DNA from: Fimbriimonadales bacterium
Lineage (GTDB): Bacteria; Armatimonadota; Fimbriimonadia; Fimbriimonadales; JABRVX01
Direction of reading: 5' to 3'
Length of the DNA stretch: 57,812 nucleotides
Assembly: GCA_045862955.1 (NCBI GenBank)
Contig: BTVI01000022.1
Coordinates: 1 to 57,812 of the forward strand
The notes under the pieces are model-generated. The model worked only from the letters and a program-made list of their open reading frames with translations, made no database searches and had not been told where the DNA came from. Each line of letters begins with the position of its first letter. The first letter of the stretch is position 1. Positions 20,005 to 29,294 of this stretch are shown in pieces. The translations under genes and the position numbers were made by a program.

Positions 20005-21181
20005 GGTGCTTCTGCATCCCGTCGCCACACGGCGGCATACTGGTTTGCTCAGTTATCATGTGATCGTCGAGCTGCGTACGGCGGGCGGTGCCGTTGGGTG
20101 GGGCGAGATGTCGGACCTCGGCCACCTGCCACTCTATATGCCCGACCTGCCGGATCTACAGCGCACGCTGAACCAACTGTTAGCTGGCGAGGATGCGAGA
20201 AGAATCTCCCTACTCAACGCGCGCATGCTGCAGGCGTTCCCAGAGCAGATGTATGTGTACGACATGGGAGCCGTGATTCGATGCGGGGTGGACATGGCGT
20301 TGCACGACGTGGTGGCGCGGTCGTTGGAGGTGCCCGCGAGCACCTTGCTGGGTGGCAGGTGCCGGGATCGTTTTCCCGTCTGCTACCCCATCTTTCGCAT
20401 CACTACGGAGGCGCAGATCGAGCAGAACCTGCAAACGGTTCGAGAGCGCATCGCGGAGGGTTACAACGCTTTCCGACTATATGTGGGTCGGCGCCCGGAC
20501 CTCGATGAGCGTTTCTGCGATGCATTTCGCAAGGAGCACGGTGACAGGGTTATCCTGAAGTCGCTGGACTTCAGCAACATACTGCCATGGAAGGAAGCAC
20601 TAGCTGTTACCCGCAGATTGCTGCCGTACGGCCCGCTGCTCGTGGAGAGTCCTGCCCTGAGACACGACTACGAGGGATTCGCGGAGTTCCGTCGGGCTTG
20701 CCCACTGCCTGTCAGCGAGCACGCGTATTCGCGCGTGCACGTGATGGAGATGATCCGCCACCGAAGCATAGATATCCTGAACGTCGCGCTAGTGTTCATC
20801 GGGGGATTCGAGGCTGCACTCGGGATGATGCGGGTTGCTCAGGCGGCAGAACTGCCCTGCTTGATAGGTACCACGCAGGAGCTATCGCTGGGTACGGCGG
20901 GACAGGCGCAGCTGGGAGCTGTAGCGCCCAACTTGGAGTACATCTCCGATTGCAGCGGGCCACGCCTGTATGCCGACGATGTGTGCAGTGACCGGGTGAG
21001 GTACGAGGACTCGCATGTGGTAGTGCCTGAGGGTCCGGGGCTGGGACTGGCACCCGATCCGGACCTGCTGGCATCGCTGAAGTCGCCACTGCGAGCACCT
21101 TCGGAGAGTGCGATCTCCGCCAACCTGGATCGAACGACGGTGGTCGACACGTCCACGCCCTCGTCACGCTACGGTGGATAG
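19991..21181 (+). CDS. Enolase-superfamily acid-sugar dehydratase, galactarate dehydratase GalrD-II (D-threo-forming)-like
   Basis: RHTG, GEMSDLGHLPLY, VCYPIFR, FRLYVG (RxY motif), KSLDFS, ESPA, SEH, GTTQELSLGTA, recalled from the Oceanobacillus iheyensis enzyme. Confidence 0.85.
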   Translation: MKISEVLLHPVATRRHTGLLSYHVIVELRTAGGAVGWGEMSDLGHLPLYMPDLPDLQRTLNQLLAGEDARRISLLNARMLQAFPEQMYVYDMGAVIRCGVDMALHDVVARSLEVPASTLLGGRCRDRFPVCYPIFRITTEAQIEQNLQTVRERIAEGYNAFRLYVGRRPDLDERFCDAFRKEHGDRVILKSLDFSNILPWKEALAVTRRLLPYGPLLVESPALRHDYEGFAEFRRACPLPVSEHAYSRVHVMEMIRHRSIDILNVALVFIGGFEAALGMMRVAQAAELPCLIGTTQELSLGTAGQAQLGAVAPNLEYISDCSGPRLYADDVCSDRVRYEDSHVVVPEGPGLGLAPDPDLLASLKSPLRAPSESAISANLDRTTVVDTSTPSSRYGG

Positions 21182-21526
21182 TCGGCGCACCGGCTGACTA
21201 CCTAGGACGGTCTATGCACTGCGATCGTAGCGTCCCCTCCGCGAACCCTGCGCGACAATCCGATCTGTACGCCGGTACTACCAAGCCGCTTACCGCCTGC
21301 AGGATTGCACCCGGATGCCGTGTCGCGCGCAGTTCACAGAGGCTCGCAAAGAGCGCAATGACGTGCCCGCAGCGAGATAGCGGGATCACGGTGATGCCTA
21401 ATTCTCCTAGCACCCGGTCGCTCTGTATACGTCCGGTGCACGCTTGATGGCACGTGACGTAAGTGCCATGGTCTCGAGATAGCTCCGGGTACTGGCAGTA
21501 TTAGAGCGATCGAATGGGCGTTTTGC

Positions 21527-22753
21527 TCAGAACAGGTCGAGCGGTTGGTAGTCCTTGCCGAGAAGAGAACCGGCGTCGGCGGAAAGCCACTGAGACAGCA
21601 CGCTCGCATATACCCTCCGAAAGTCCACCGAATACCTGAGGTCGCCTCGGTCCAGATTATCCAGCGACGGATACGTGCCGTGCAATCCCGCCTTGACCGC
21701 ACCCCCAGCCACGAACATCGGGCCCGCAGCGCCGTGGTCGGTTCCCGCCGAGGCGTTCTCCTGAACGCGCCGCCCGAACTCCGAAAACACTAACACCGCC
21801 ACCTTGTCGGCTTTTCCCATATCGCTTAGCTCGAGCAGGAATGCATCCAGTGCTTCGCCGAATTGACGGAGCAACCTTTCGTGCTGACTCGCCTGGGCCG
21901 AGTGAGTATCGAATCCCCCCACCGAGAAGTAGATTACTCTCGTAGCGGGCGATACACCGATCAGGTGCGCGATCTGGCGAAAACCGACCCCGAATGGGTC
22001 GTTGCCGAACGGGCGCTTCGGGTCATACTTGGACAAGTTGCGATTTAGCTCCGCCATCGCGCTGAGAGCACACTTCGTAGCAGCCTGTGCGTCGCGCAGG
22101 GCGGAACCTTCGGAGGCATCCATACCCTGAATCGCTCTCAGTGCAGCCTCGGCATCCTTGTCGCCTACCATCGCCCGGACATCCGCCAGCGATGCGAAGG
22201 TTGGCACCGAGAAGTTGCGCGCGTTGAGCGCCTGTTCCTTCTGCACGCCCAGCGCGAGTGCGAGTAGCGGGTTCTTCGGGTCACCCACGTCGTCTAGGTA
22301 CTTCCCGAGCCATCCGTAGCGCTCATCCGTGTCCGTGCTAGCGGTCTGCCATATCTCCATGGAGCGGAAGTGTGAGCGGTTAGGGTTCGGATAGCCCACT
22401 CCGTTCAGGATCGCGAGCTGCCTCCGATCCCACACCTTCTTCAGACCTGTTAGTGCTGGATGCAGTGCTAGGTCCTCGGAGATAGGGATGCCCGCACCGT
22501 CCTTCACCGCCAACACGGGACGAAGATCGTAGTAGCGCTTCTGGGTATAAGGTATCACGGTGTTGAGGCCGTCGTTGCCGCCCGTCAACTGGCAGACTAC
22601 CAGCGTTCGATTAGGAGGCAGCTTCCCACCCTGCGCTGCGCGAAGGGTATCGGCCCGTACTACCTTGGCGAGCCACGGCGGTGCCACTGCACCAACTGCG
22701 ATGACAGTAGCGCTCTTCTTCAGGAACTCTCTTCTCGTTAGGTCATTCGACAT
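21527..22753 (-). CDS. DUF1501 family protein with Tat signal
   Basis: LTRREFLK, LTGGNDGLN, NRSHF, GGFDTH, FSEFGRR, GTDHG, DFRRVY. Confidence 0.92.
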   Translation of the reverse strand: MSNDLTRREFLKKSATVIAVGAVAPPWLAKVVRADTLRAAQGGKLPPNRTLVVCQLTGGNDGLNTVIPYTQKRYYDLRPVLAVKDGAGIPISEDLALHPALTGLKKVWDRRQLAILNGVGYPNPNRSHFRSMEIWQTASTDTDERYGWLGKYLDDVGDPKNPLLALALGVQKEQALNARNFSVPTFASLADVRAMVGDKDAEAALRAIQGMDASEGSALRDAQAATKCALSAMAELNRNLSKYDPKRPFGNDPFGVGFRQIAHLIGVSPATRVIYFSVGGFDTHSAQASQHERLLRQFGEALDAFLLELSDMGKADKVAVLVFSEFGRRVQENASAGTDHGAAGPMFVAGGAVKAGLHGTYPSLDNLDRGDLRYSVDFRRVYASVLSQWLSADAGSLLGKDYQPLDLF

Positions 22754-22790
22754 GGGTGGCTACCTCCATCCCTTCGTCAGGCCAATCAAC

Positions 22791-24209
22791 TCAACAGAAC
22801 TGGTACTCGGGGCTGGCAAACACGAGACGTGCCACGTCGCGCGCGATCCCCTGGCACTTCGCCGGGTCGCTCAGTGCGGCTGTGCCGCCGGCCTTGTTCA
22901 CCGTGTCCACGAGTATCTGTCTCTTTTCGCGGGGCAATCGCGCATCCAGCACCTGGAGTGCCTGATCTACTGCCCGCTCGACGTCCTGATGCGGCTCGTC
23001 TCCGAACAGCGCTCGGGCCGGCACCCCTCGTCCCATCCGGACCCCAGGGACCGAGCCGAACAGCATGTCTGCGAGTCTCATCCGTTCCACCATCGTGGCG
23101 GAGTTGATCCAGGCCGCGCCCCCGTCCCAACCCGCGACGCTGGGTGGGTAGAGCAGTCGCTGCCCCATTCGCGCCATTGCTTGCTCGAGGCCCCGCACGA
23201 CGACGAGACCCCGCAGGCCAGCAGTTCGGTTCTGTTTGACGGCTTCGGAGAGGATTCCGCCGATGCCTAGCGCTCTACAAACTCCTACCACGAAGTCCAC
23301 AGGGGACTTGTGCAGGGCGCGCTCGGCCCTGTCCGAATAGAACTCCTTGCTTGTAAATATATAACGCAATGCGGCCTTTACGCTATATCCGCTCTGAGAA
23401 AACCGCTCGGCCAGCGCGCGAATCACGGATTCATCGGGGGATGCATAGGCAAAGAACTCCCACAGCTTTCGGCAGATGTACCGGCGGCACGCGGGGTGTT
23501 CGACCAGAATCCGGCAGATGTCCTCGCCGTCGAACGCACCCTCCTGCCCCAACACCTTTTTGATGCCCCCGTCGTGCAGACGCGATCGCTTGACGAAGGT
23601 TGCTATCGGTAGGGAGTCGCCCTCGCCCGGGGTCGCCGGCGGTCGCTGGATGCTCCATCCAGTGAACGCCCGAGCTGCCTCCTGAATGTCCGCCTCCGTG
23701 TAGTTGCCTTCACCCAGCGTGAACAGCTCCATGATCTCGCGGGCGTAGTTCTCGTTGGGACGTCCCCTCACGTTGGTCTGAGTGTCTAAGTACAAGATCA
23801 TGGCTGGATCCTTAGACACTTCTGTCAGGATCGTCTGGAAGTCGGCGGTGGCGAGACGGCGAAACAACTGGTTCTGAGCGTACAGCAGGTTGCCCGAATT
23901 CACTTTGTCACCGCTGCAGGCGAAGTGATCGTGCCAGAAGAGCACCATCTTCTCCTGCAGGGGCCTTCGGATCATCAACATTCTGGCCGTCCACCACACT
24001 GCGACGGCGGGTGGGGCGAGCCGGCCTTCCCGCGCGAAGGGTTCGATGGGCAGGTCGAAGCCTTCATCCACCTTCTCGAAGTCGAGAAGACGGTCCACCG
24101 CGCCCTCCACTCCCAGCTTCTCGAATTCTGCGACCTCGCTCGTGCTCGCGCCGAGGCCTGCCCTTCGCAACAGGTGTGTGACCTTATCCCTTGTCGTTTG
24201 CAGTGCCAT
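22791..24209 (-). CDS. DUF1800 family protein
   Basis: HLLRRAG, LQEKMVLFWHDHF, DPAMILYLD, PNENYAREIMELFTLG, ARAFTGW, PPSVAGW, SPEYQ. Confidence 0.95.
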   Translation of the reverse strand: MALQTTRDKVTHLLRRAGLGASTSEVAEFEKLGVEGAVDRLLDFEKVDEGFDLPIEPFAREGRLAPPAVAVWWTARMLMIRRPLQEKMVLFWHDHFACSGDKVNSGNLLYAQNQLFRRLATADFQTILTEVSKDPAMILYLDTQTNVRGRPNENYAREIMELFTLGEGNYTEADIQEAARAFTGWSIQRPPATPGEGDSLPIATFVKRSRLHDGGIKKVLGQEGAFDGEDICRILVEHPACRRYICRKLWEFFAYASPDESVIRALAERFSQSGYSVKAALRYIFTSKEFYSDRAERALHKSPVDFVVGVCRALGIGGILSEAVKQNRTAGLRGLVVVRGLEQAMARMGQRLLYPPSVAGWDGGAAWINSATMVERMRLADMLFGSVPGVRMGRGVPARALFGDEPHQDVERAVDQALQVLDARLPREKRQILVDTVNKAGGTAALSDPAKCQGIARDVARLVFASPEYQFC

Positions 24210-24333
24210 CGCTCTCTGCCTCAGGTGCGTCGCGCAAGCATTAGCAACGCTAACGTTTGCATTTGGACGTCAGAAGGGCCTGCGGGTTCAGTTGCCGTGC
24301 GCAAACCCGCCGGCGCGTGACACACTAAGCGCA

Positions 24334-25053
24334 ATGTCGCGATTATCTCCCCGGGCCATCACCTTCGATGCTGCCGGCACCCTCATTGACGTGCGGTACG
24401 AGCCGGTGGCATTCATGCTGGATCTGCTGGGTGACCAGCAGATCGAAGTCAACGAGGCCTCGCTCCGCGCTGAGTACGGCCCTATGCGTGCTGCTAGGCA
24501 AGAGGAGTACGCCCGAGCGGTTCAGTCGAGAGGCGCGCAGGGACGGCAGGCCTTCTGGCGTAAGTTCACGTTCGATCTCCTCTCGTCAATCGGCGTGACT
24601 CTGCGCGATGGTCAACTCGCCCGGATGTCGGAGCGCAGCGACGAGCTGTTGTTCTGTCATGGCTCCCCGTACTGGCGCCTGTATCCCGATGTACGCGAGA
24701 CCCTCTCGGCCCTTCGCCGCAAGGGCGCGCGGCTTGCGGTGGTCTCCAACTGGGACGACACGCTGCATCTCGTGCTCGAATTGCTCGGTATCGCGGAGCC
24801 ATTCGAGTTCGCTCTCGCCTCGTTGGAGGTAGGTTGGGAAAAGCCAGACCCGCGCATCTTCGGCCGTGCGGTAGGTCGGCTGGGTTACGAGCCATTCGAG
24901 GTGGTTCATGTCGGGGACAACCCGGTGGACGACGGGGAAGGTGCGGCGCGCGCAGGCCTGTTCCCCATCATCGTGGACCGAGACGAAGCATATGGGAGGC
25001 TTCCCTTCCCCAAGGTCCGGTCCTTGAGGGAGCTAGCGCTGCTTTATGAGTGA
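24334..25053 (+). CDS. HAD-superfamily hydrolase
   Basis: FDAAGTL, VVSNWD, EKPDPRIF, HVGDNPVDD. Confidence 0.92.
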   Translation: MSRLSPRAITFDAAGTLIDVRYEPVAFMLDLLGDQQIEVNEASLRAEYGPMRAARQEEYARAVQSRGAQGRQAFWRKFTFDLLSSIGVTLRDGQLARMSERSDELLFCHGSPYWRLYPDVRETLSALRRKGARLAVVSNWDDTLHLVLELLGIAEPFEFALASLEVGWEKPDPRIFGRAVGRLGYEPFEVVHVGDNPVDDGEGAARAGLFPIIVDRDEAYGRLPFPKVRSLRELALLYE

Positions 25054-26047
25054 GCCGATGGACGTCTCTCTGTTCGACTACGACCTACCTCCCGAGCTGA
25101 TTGCGCAAAGCCCGGTGGAGCCGAGAGACAGCTCACGGCTTCTCGTTCTTCCACGCTCGGGCGGGCCAATCGAGCATCGGCACTTCCGCGATCTGGCCGA
25201 GTTGCTCGAGGGGGAAGATGTGCTCGTGCTCAACGACACTCGTGTCAGCGCCCGGAGGCTACTCGGTAGGAGGCCGAGCGGCGGCGCGGTGGAGTTACTT
25301 CTGATGCGCTCGCTCGGTGGGAACCGCTACGAGGCGCTTACCAGACCCGCGCGCCGCCTGAGGCCCGGCGAACGGGTGATATTCGAGGACGCCCCAGATG
25401 CCGTCATCGAGGAAGCGAAGGATGCCGGCCAGCGTATCGTGCGGTTCCAAGGGCCGATAGGCGGTGCGGGCGAGACGCCCCTACCGCCTTATTTCCACGG
25501 CACGTTGCCAGACCCGGAGCGTTACCAGACCGTGTACGCTGCGGCGGAGGGAAGCAGCGCCGCGCCTACGGCGGGCTTGCACTTCACGAAGGAGCTGCTG
25601 AGCCGCATCGAGCAGAAGGGCGTACGCGTGACGACAGTCACGCTTCACGTCGGTCTCGACACGTTCCGCCCGCTGCCGGAAGGGCCCGTGGAAATGCACA
25701 AGATGCATGGGGAAACCTACACAATTCCCGAACACACGGCAAACGCTGTTCGATTCTGCTCGGGACGCGTGATCGCAGTTGGCACGACGGCGGTGCGGGT
25801 GTTAGAATCGGCGGGACCGCGAGAGCAGATGGAAGCGGGCGAGGCCACCACACGGCTGTTCATCAAGCCAGGGTACGAGTTTCGGACGGTCCAGGGGATC
25901 GTTACGAACTTTCATCTGCCCCGGACCACTATGTTGTTAATGATTTGCGCCTTCGCAGGGCGGGAGCGAGTGCTCGCTGCGTACGAAGAAGCAAAGCGGG
26001 CGGGCTACCGGTTCCTCAGCTTCGGCGATGCGATGGTTATTTTATAG
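25046..26047 (+). CDS. queA: S-adenosylmethionine:tRNA ribosyltransferase-isomerase
   Basis: FDYDLPPELIAQ, LNDTRV, PLPPY, YQTVYA, AAPTAGLHF, LHVGLDTF, TNFHLP, YRFLSFGDAM. Confidence 0.98.
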   Translation: MSEPMDVSLFDYDLPPELIAQSPVEPRDSSRLLVLPRSGGPIEHRHFRDLAELLEGEDVLVLNDTRVSARRLLGRRPSGGAVELLLMRSLGGNRYEALTRPARRLRPGERVIFEDAPDAVIEEAKDAGQRIVRFQGPIGGAGETPLPPYFHGTLPDPERYQTVYAAAEGSSAAPTAGLHFTKELLSRIEQKGVRVTTVTLHVGLDTFRPLPEGPVEMHKMHGETYTIPEHTANAVRFCSGRVIAVGTTAVRVLESAGPREQMEAGEATTRLFIKPGYEFRTVQGIVTNFHLPRTTMLLMICAFAGRERVLAAYEEAKRAGYRFLSFGDAMVIL

Positions 26048-26060
26048 AGGTGAGTGGACT

Positions 26061-26960
26061 ATGGAAGTCGAGCGAGTTCCCGGATACGATGACGTCTACG
26101 CGTACATAGACAGCCAGTTCCTAGATACGCCGGAGGAGGCCCCACTGCAAAGCCCGCCCGCGGCGAAGCGCCAGGCCCCCGTTCGGGGACGACTGCCGCT
26201 CGGAGGGCCCGGAGCGCCGGCGGCCGGCGTGGTGTATTCGCCTCTGGGCGGGCCACCACCCCCCGTTCCCGCGGAGGAGACCCAGCAGCGGGCTGCGCCT
26301 GCCCAACAACCGACAGTCGAGGTCGGGGAGGCCGTCGAACCGCCGAAGGCCGATGCCGCAGTGCCGATCGCCGATGCGGCGCTGCAGGCCGCTCGCGAGG
26401 TCTCGCCCGCTAGCAAGCGCAGGCGCGCGAAGGGCGGCGAGGCGGTGCAGCTGCGCATCCCCAACATAGAGGACTACCTGCCCGGGCTGGTAACGGAGAC
26501 TCGACCGTCGAGACCCGAGGCCAAGGCTGTGGTTAGCATGCAGGTCGGCAATCGCCAGCGAACCCAGCAGCACTCGCCGCCGAAGCCCCCGAGAAAGCTG
26601 AAAAGACCCGAGCTTTCCGGACCGCGTCCTCGCAAGCGTAGCAAGACCGAACCGACGAAGCCCTCGCCGTCGGTACCGGAGGAGCTGCGCAGCCTCGTGG
26701 GGCTCGGCAACGACGCCCTCCTGGACAAGTACTACCAGCGGTCGCGGGGCGAGAGCAAGGAGCAGATTCTCTCGCGCATTACCAACCCCGAACTGTCGCT
26801 GGAGGAGGCGGCCAAACTGCTCGGCGTGTGCCCGGCGACTGTGCGGCGCTATACGAACAAGGGTTGGCTGCGGCATCATCGCACGAAGGGCAATCAGCGC
26901 AGATTTCGGCTATCGGACATCGCGGAATTCGTAAGGGAGTTTCGAGCCAAACTCGAGTAG
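26061..26960 (+). CDS. DNA-binding protein: long Pro/Ala-rich N-terminus plus C-terminal excisionase/MerR-like HTH
   Basis: LSLEEAAKLLGVCPATVRRYTNKGWLRHHRTKGNQRRFRLSDI; gaggtg RBS before 26061. Confidence 0.85.
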   Translation: MEVERVPGYDDVYAYIDSQFLDTPEEAPLQSPPAAKRQAPVRGRLPLGGPGAPAAGVVYSPLGGPPPPVPAEETQQRAAPAQQPTVEVGEAVEPPKADAAVPIADAALQAAREVSPASKRRRAKGGEAVQLRIPNIEDYLPGLVTETRPSRPEAKAVVSMQVGNRQRTQQHSPPKPPRKLKRPELSGPRPRKRSKTEPTKPSPSVPEELRSLVGLGNDALLDKYYQRSRGESKEQILSRITNPELSLEEAAKLLGVCPATVRRYTNKGWLRHHRTKGNQRRFRLSDIAEFVREFRAKLE

Positions 26961-26966
26961 CGGCAG

Positions 26967-28145
26967 GTGAACGTAGCCATCTTCTCGGACAGCTATCTGC
27001 CCGTGCTGAACGGGGTCAGCGTATCCGTACACACGCTGGTCGCCGGCCTTCGTGAGCGTGGGCATCGAGTTTGGGTGTTCGCACCGGCGTTCCCGGGGCA
27101 CGGGGATGCGGATGCCGACGTAGTGCGCTTCCCATCGGTCCTCACTCCCTGGGCGAAGAACTACCCGCTGGCCCGACCCCCCTTTCGAGCCACGCTACGG
27201 CAGTTCCGAGAGCTGCCCATCGAGATCGTTCACACGCATACTCCGTTTACGGTCGGATTCTGTGGACTTCGGTGGGCAGAGTCCGCGGGGCTTCCGATTC
27301 TGTCCACGTATCACACGCTATACGACCGTTACGTGCACTACGTGCCGTTCTTGACCCGGCGCTACGTCGCTTACAAGGTTGCCAAGCACACACGATACTA
27401 CTATGGACGTGTTACGAGAGTGATCACACCCTCTCGGGCGGCGGCCGAAGTGTTACGCCACCATGGTGTCACCACACCGATCGAGATTATCCGCACCGGC
27501 ATCCCGACAGCAGAGCCCGTGCCGAAGGCCGATGCACGTGCTCGACTAGGGATTCCACGAGATGAGACGATGCTGCTATATGTCGGTAGGCTGGCGATAG
27601 AGAAGAACTTGGGGCTCCTGTTGGAGTGCCTGCGTCGTTGGCGGATCACGGTCCCGAACTGCCGGCTGCGGCTGGTGGGAGATGGGCCGGGGCGTCCCGC
27701 ACTGGAGTCGCGTGCCGCGGAGCTGGGTGTTCGCGAGCGCCTGACCGTACACGGACAGGCGGGACATGACGAGGTACTAGTGTACATGGCTGCAGCGGAC
27801 CTCTTCGTGTTCCCTTCCACTTCGGAGACGCAGGGGCTGGTGATCGGCGAGGCGCAGAGCATGGGGCTGCCCGCAGTGGCAGTGCGAGGTGGCGGGGCAC
27901 CCGAAACCATAGAGCACGGCGTGGATGGTATGGTGGTGGCGGATGATCCGCAAGAATTTGCACAGGCCGTCGAGGCGATCCTGTGCAACCCGGCACTACG
28001 TGCCACGATGTCGGACAACGCGCTACGATCGCCCGCCCGTATCTCGCCCGAAGAGTACGTGTCACGGATCGAGCGATCGTATGAGGAGGTGCTAGGTGCA
28101 AGGCAACAGGAAACTTTCACTCAGCCCACCTCGGTCCATTCGTGA
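26967..28145 (+). CDS. Glycosyltransferase family 4 (diacylglycerol glycosyltransferase-like)
   Basis: FSDSYLPVLNGV, HTHTPF, TYHTLY, YVGRLAIEKN, FPSTSETQGLVIGEA. Confidence 0.93.
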   Translation: MNVAIFSDSYLPVLNGVSVSVHTLVAGLRERGHRVWVFAPAFPGHGDADADVVRFPSVLTPWAKNYPLARPPFRATLRQFRELPIEIVHTHTPFTVGFCGLRWAESAGLPILSTYHTLYDRYVHYVPFLTRRYVAYKVAKHTRYYYGRVTRVITPSRAAAEVLRHHGVTTPIEIIRTGIPTAEPVPKADARARLGIPRDETMLLYVGRLAIEKNLGLLLECLRRWRITVPNCRLRLVGDGPGRPALESRAAELGVRERLTVHGQAGHDEVLVYMAAADLFVFPSTSETQGLVIGEAQSMGLPAVAVRGGGAPETIEHGVDGMVVADDPQEFAQAVEAILCNPALRATMSDNALRSPARISPEEYVSRIERSYEEVLGARQQETFTQPTSVHS

Positions 28146-29181
28146 GCGCACCGAGCAGATCGAGTTAGATCTGCTTGCGCCCCATGCTGCCAAGGCGGCG
28201 CTGAGCAGGGGCCGCAAGCAGCCGGAAGAGCCCGACCCGATCCGCACCTGCTTCCAGCGCGATCGCGACCGAGTGCTGCACTGCAAGGCTTTTCGGCGAC
28301 TGAAGCACAAGACGCAGGTCTTCATAGACCCCGACGGTGATCACTTCCGCACTCGACTAACACATACTCTGGAGGTCGCACAGATAAGTAGGACCGTGGC
28401 GCGGGCCCTGCGGCTCAACGAAGACCTAACAGAGGCTATCGCGCTCGGACACGACCTCGGTCACCCACCCTTCGGACACGCAGGTGAAGAGGCGCTGAAC
28501 GAAGCCATGCAGGAGGTGGATCCCGAGCTGTCCTTCCGCCACTTCGAGCAGTCGGTGCGCGTGGTGGAGGTGATAGAGCGCGACGGTGCCGGGCTCAACC
28601 TCACCTATGAGACGCTGGAAGGCATAGGGGGACACTCGAAGGGCCGAGGCGACCTCGCACATGCATCACGAGCCCCATCTGGCAGCATGGAAGCAGAGGT
28701 GGTACGTACGTGCGATCGTGTCGCCTACCTGAACCACGACTTGGACGACGCGTTCCGCGCGGGCTACATCGTGCCGAGCGATCTGCCCGCGACGGTACGC
28801 GAGGGCCTAGGCATGGAGAACAGCGAGCGTATCACGAGGATGGTGACGGACATCGTGGAGGCCACCGGCGATGGGCCCCGCGTACTGATGTCCCGCGGGA
28901 TGGAAGATCGGCTCAACGAGCTGAAGGAGTTCATGTTCGAACGGCTCTACGTGAACAACCCGCGCACCGCACCCGGCATCGAGCGCGCCAAGGAGATGCT
29001 GCGACTGCTGTTCCGACACTACTTGGATCACCCCGAGCTGCTGCCCGAGCGTCACTTGCCGACGGATCTCGCGCACTTACCCCAGGCGGTGTGCGACTAC
29101 ATCGCCGGCATGACAGACCGCTACGCTGTGCAGCAGTTCGAAGCGCTTTTCCTACCCAAGGTTTGGCGTCGCCTGGAGTAG
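28096..29181 (+). CDS. dgt: Deoxyguanosinetriphosphate triphosphohydrolase
   Basis: FQRDRDR, FRRLKHKTQVF, RTRLTHTLEV, HDLGHPPFGHAGE, HDLDD, DYIAGMTDRYA; exact start uncertain. Confidence 0.95.
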   Translation: MQGNRKLSLSPPRSIRERTEQIELDLLAPHAAKAALSRGRKQPEEPDPIRTCFQRDRDRVLHCKAFRRLKHKTQVFIDPDGDHFRTRLTHTLEVAQISRTVARALRLNEDLTEAIALGHDLGHPPFGHAGEEALNEAMQEVDPELSFRHFEQSVRVVEVIERDGAGLNLTYETLEGIGGHSKGRGDLAHASRAPSGSMEAEVVRTCDRVAYLNHDLDDAFRAGYIVPSDLPATVREGLGMENSERITRMVTDIVEATGDGPRVLMSRGMEDRLNELKEFMFERLYVNNPRTAPGIERAKEMLRLLFRHYLDHPELLPERHLPTDLAHLPQAVCDYIAGMTDRYAVQQFEALFLPKVWRRLE

Positions 29182-29294
29182 GGCAGCAAGGACCTTCCGG
29201 AGCCGAGGCAGACGCTGGAAGAGCGTCCGGGAACCGATGTGGGCTCGGCGTTGTCCGAGTAAGAAGAAGAGACGGATTGAAGAGGTCGAACGTT

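Noticed and set aside
26061..26960. Prophage excisionase
   Set aside because: No integrase or phage genes; embedded in a housekeeping operon
28710..29294. N-terminal extension of the 939-aa ORF
   Set aside because: Overlaps dgt and is Arg-rich noise; the hydrophobic signal begins at 29295. The same reasoning trims ORFs at 24046, 47771, 13289 and the trmD extension
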